5,206 nt of DNA from sequence record NC_010930.1. One strand, given 5' to 3'. A model generated the notes under the pieces. The model saw only the letters and a program-made list of their open reading frames with translations. It did not search any database and was not told where the DNA came from. The DNA comes from a plasmid. A program made the translations under genes and the position numbers. Position 1 is the stretch's first letter. Each line of letters opens with the position of its first letter. Positions 4,900-5,206 of this stretch are shown one piece after another.

Positions 4900-5107
4900 G
4901 CCAATCGACCTCCTCAATCAGGTTGGACTCGATAAGGTGCTGGATAGCGGTGGAGCGAGTTTCCGCATAGCCAGCCGCGCAACGCTTCTGCACATAGGCA
5001 TCGAGGGTATCGACACTAATGGTGGGAAGCGTGATGGAGAGCCTACGACGGCGAGGCGGGAGAAGCTTCCGCAACTCCCTTGGTGAAACCTCCTGAAACT
5101 CAGTCAT
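4892..5107 (-). CDS. Small (71 aa) ribbon-helix-helix-like (CopG/Arc/MetJ-type) putative transcriptional regulator.
   Basis: From ATG 5107: MTEFQEVSPRELRKLLPPRRRRLSITLPTISVDTLDAYVQKRCAAGYAETRSTAIQHLIESNLIEEVDWHE. This fits a basic N-tail, a beta-strand (RLSITLP), helix A (VDTLDAYVQKR..GY) and an N-capped helix B (ETRSTAIQHLIE). The stop TGA 4894..4892 lies 5 nt inside the next gene. The alternative start ATG 5146 (84 aa) is less likely because its N-terminus is low-complexity and collides with the upstream frame. Confidence 0.5.
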   Translation of the reverse strand: MTEFQEVSPRELRKLLPPRRRRLSITLPTISVDTLDAYVQKRCAAGYAETRSTAIQHLIESNLIEEVDWHE

Positions 5108-5206
5108 CGAGCACCCCCGTGATGGAGTCCAGAACCTCGATGCCATCGGCGGTGAGGCTCCAAGCGATGCGCCCGTTGCGCACCCATGGCACCATGCGGA
5201 CGGTAC
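5101..5206 (-). CDS. C-terminal fragment of a protein entering from the right edge (...TVRMVPWVRNGRIAWSLTADGIEVLDSITGVLDD*). Probably the C-terminus of the gene that starts at 268 if the molecule is circular.
   Basis: This is the only protein-like open frame entering from the right edge. It ends at TGA 5103..5101, inside the GATGACTGA start/stop overlap with the next gene (ATG 5107). It is in phase with ORF 268..1 across the junction: pos 1 plus 5206, 5205 gives GGT. Confidence 0.4.

Noticed and set aside
4465-5086. Plus-strand ORFs 4465..4935, 4586..4858 and 4898..5086, antisense to the membrane-protein and RHH genes.
   Set aside because: They are low-complexity shadow frames (GEGEPADDVGVEHERQDDDGQPDKGK...) with no SD context. 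The minus-strand genes have strong SDs and coupled overlaps.
5107-5146. Longer 84-aa version of the RHH ORF starting at ATG 5146.
   Set aside because: The extra N-terminus (MASRFWTPSRGCS) is not protein-like. It would overlap by 46 nt, in another frame, the protein-like C-terminal frame that enters from the right edge. ATG 5107 gives a clean start/stop overlap.
1-5206. Interpretation as an integrated AICE or other chromosomal island.
   Set aside because: No integrase, excision att repeats, tRNA target or flanking housekeeping genes are present. Both edges are inside one and the same putative gene. The KpnI-junction and in-frame wrap-around observations favour a free circular plasmid, though source context is needed for certainty.
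1-5206. CRISPR arrays, tRNA, rRNA, IS elements, transposases.
   Set aside because: There are no regularly spaced repeats, no cloverleaf-capable tRNA-like segments, no terminal inverted repeats bounding an ORF, and no DDE or tyrosine-recombinase signatures in any frame.

Overview
The window has the gene content and layout of a small self-transmissible rolling-circle replicon from a high-GC Gram-positive host (Actinobacteria, possibly Bifidobacterium-like). It is probably a complete circular plasmid rather than a chromosomal slice. The 3' end GGTAC and the 5' start C rebuild GGTACC (KpnI, cut GGTAC^C), and this site occurs nowhere else in the window. A minus-strand ORF that runs off the left edge also continues in frame into the open frame entering from the right edge. 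Supported genes on the minus strand: (1) a rolling-circle Rep, 1608..3305, with motif 1 FMTLTL, HUH motif HPHLH and active-site YISK. (2) A TraSA/TraB-like FtsK/SpoIIIE ATPase, 3428..4309, with Walker A GRPGSGKT and Walker B VIIVDE. (3) A small protein with two transmembrane helices, 4306..4899, upstream of and translationally coupled to the ATPase. (4) A small ribbon-helix-helix-like protein, 4892..5107. (5) A hypothetical protein whose start is at 268 and whose C-terminus lies at 5101..5206 if the molecule is circular. Supported genes on the plus strand: an A/T-rich 153-aa ORF with a helix-turn-helix-like segment, 435..896, preceded by a perfect 14-bp palindrome inside a divergent promoter region; and an excisionase-family HTH protein with a coiled-coil tail, 1142..1663, whose 3' end overlaps the 3' end of rep by 56 nt. 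Two structured non-coding regions may carry the origins and control sites. Region 897..1141 holds hairpins, palindromes and iteron-like direct repeats. The tra-rep spacer, 3306..3427, holds tandem CCCCGGGG palindromes and a plus-strand hairpin followed by a T-tract, preceded by a plus-strand extended -10 promoter; together these suggest a roughly 100-nt antisense countertranscript over the rep leader. There is no integrase, transposase, tRNA, rRNA or CRISPR array. All functional calls rest on motifs read by eye; no database search was possible.
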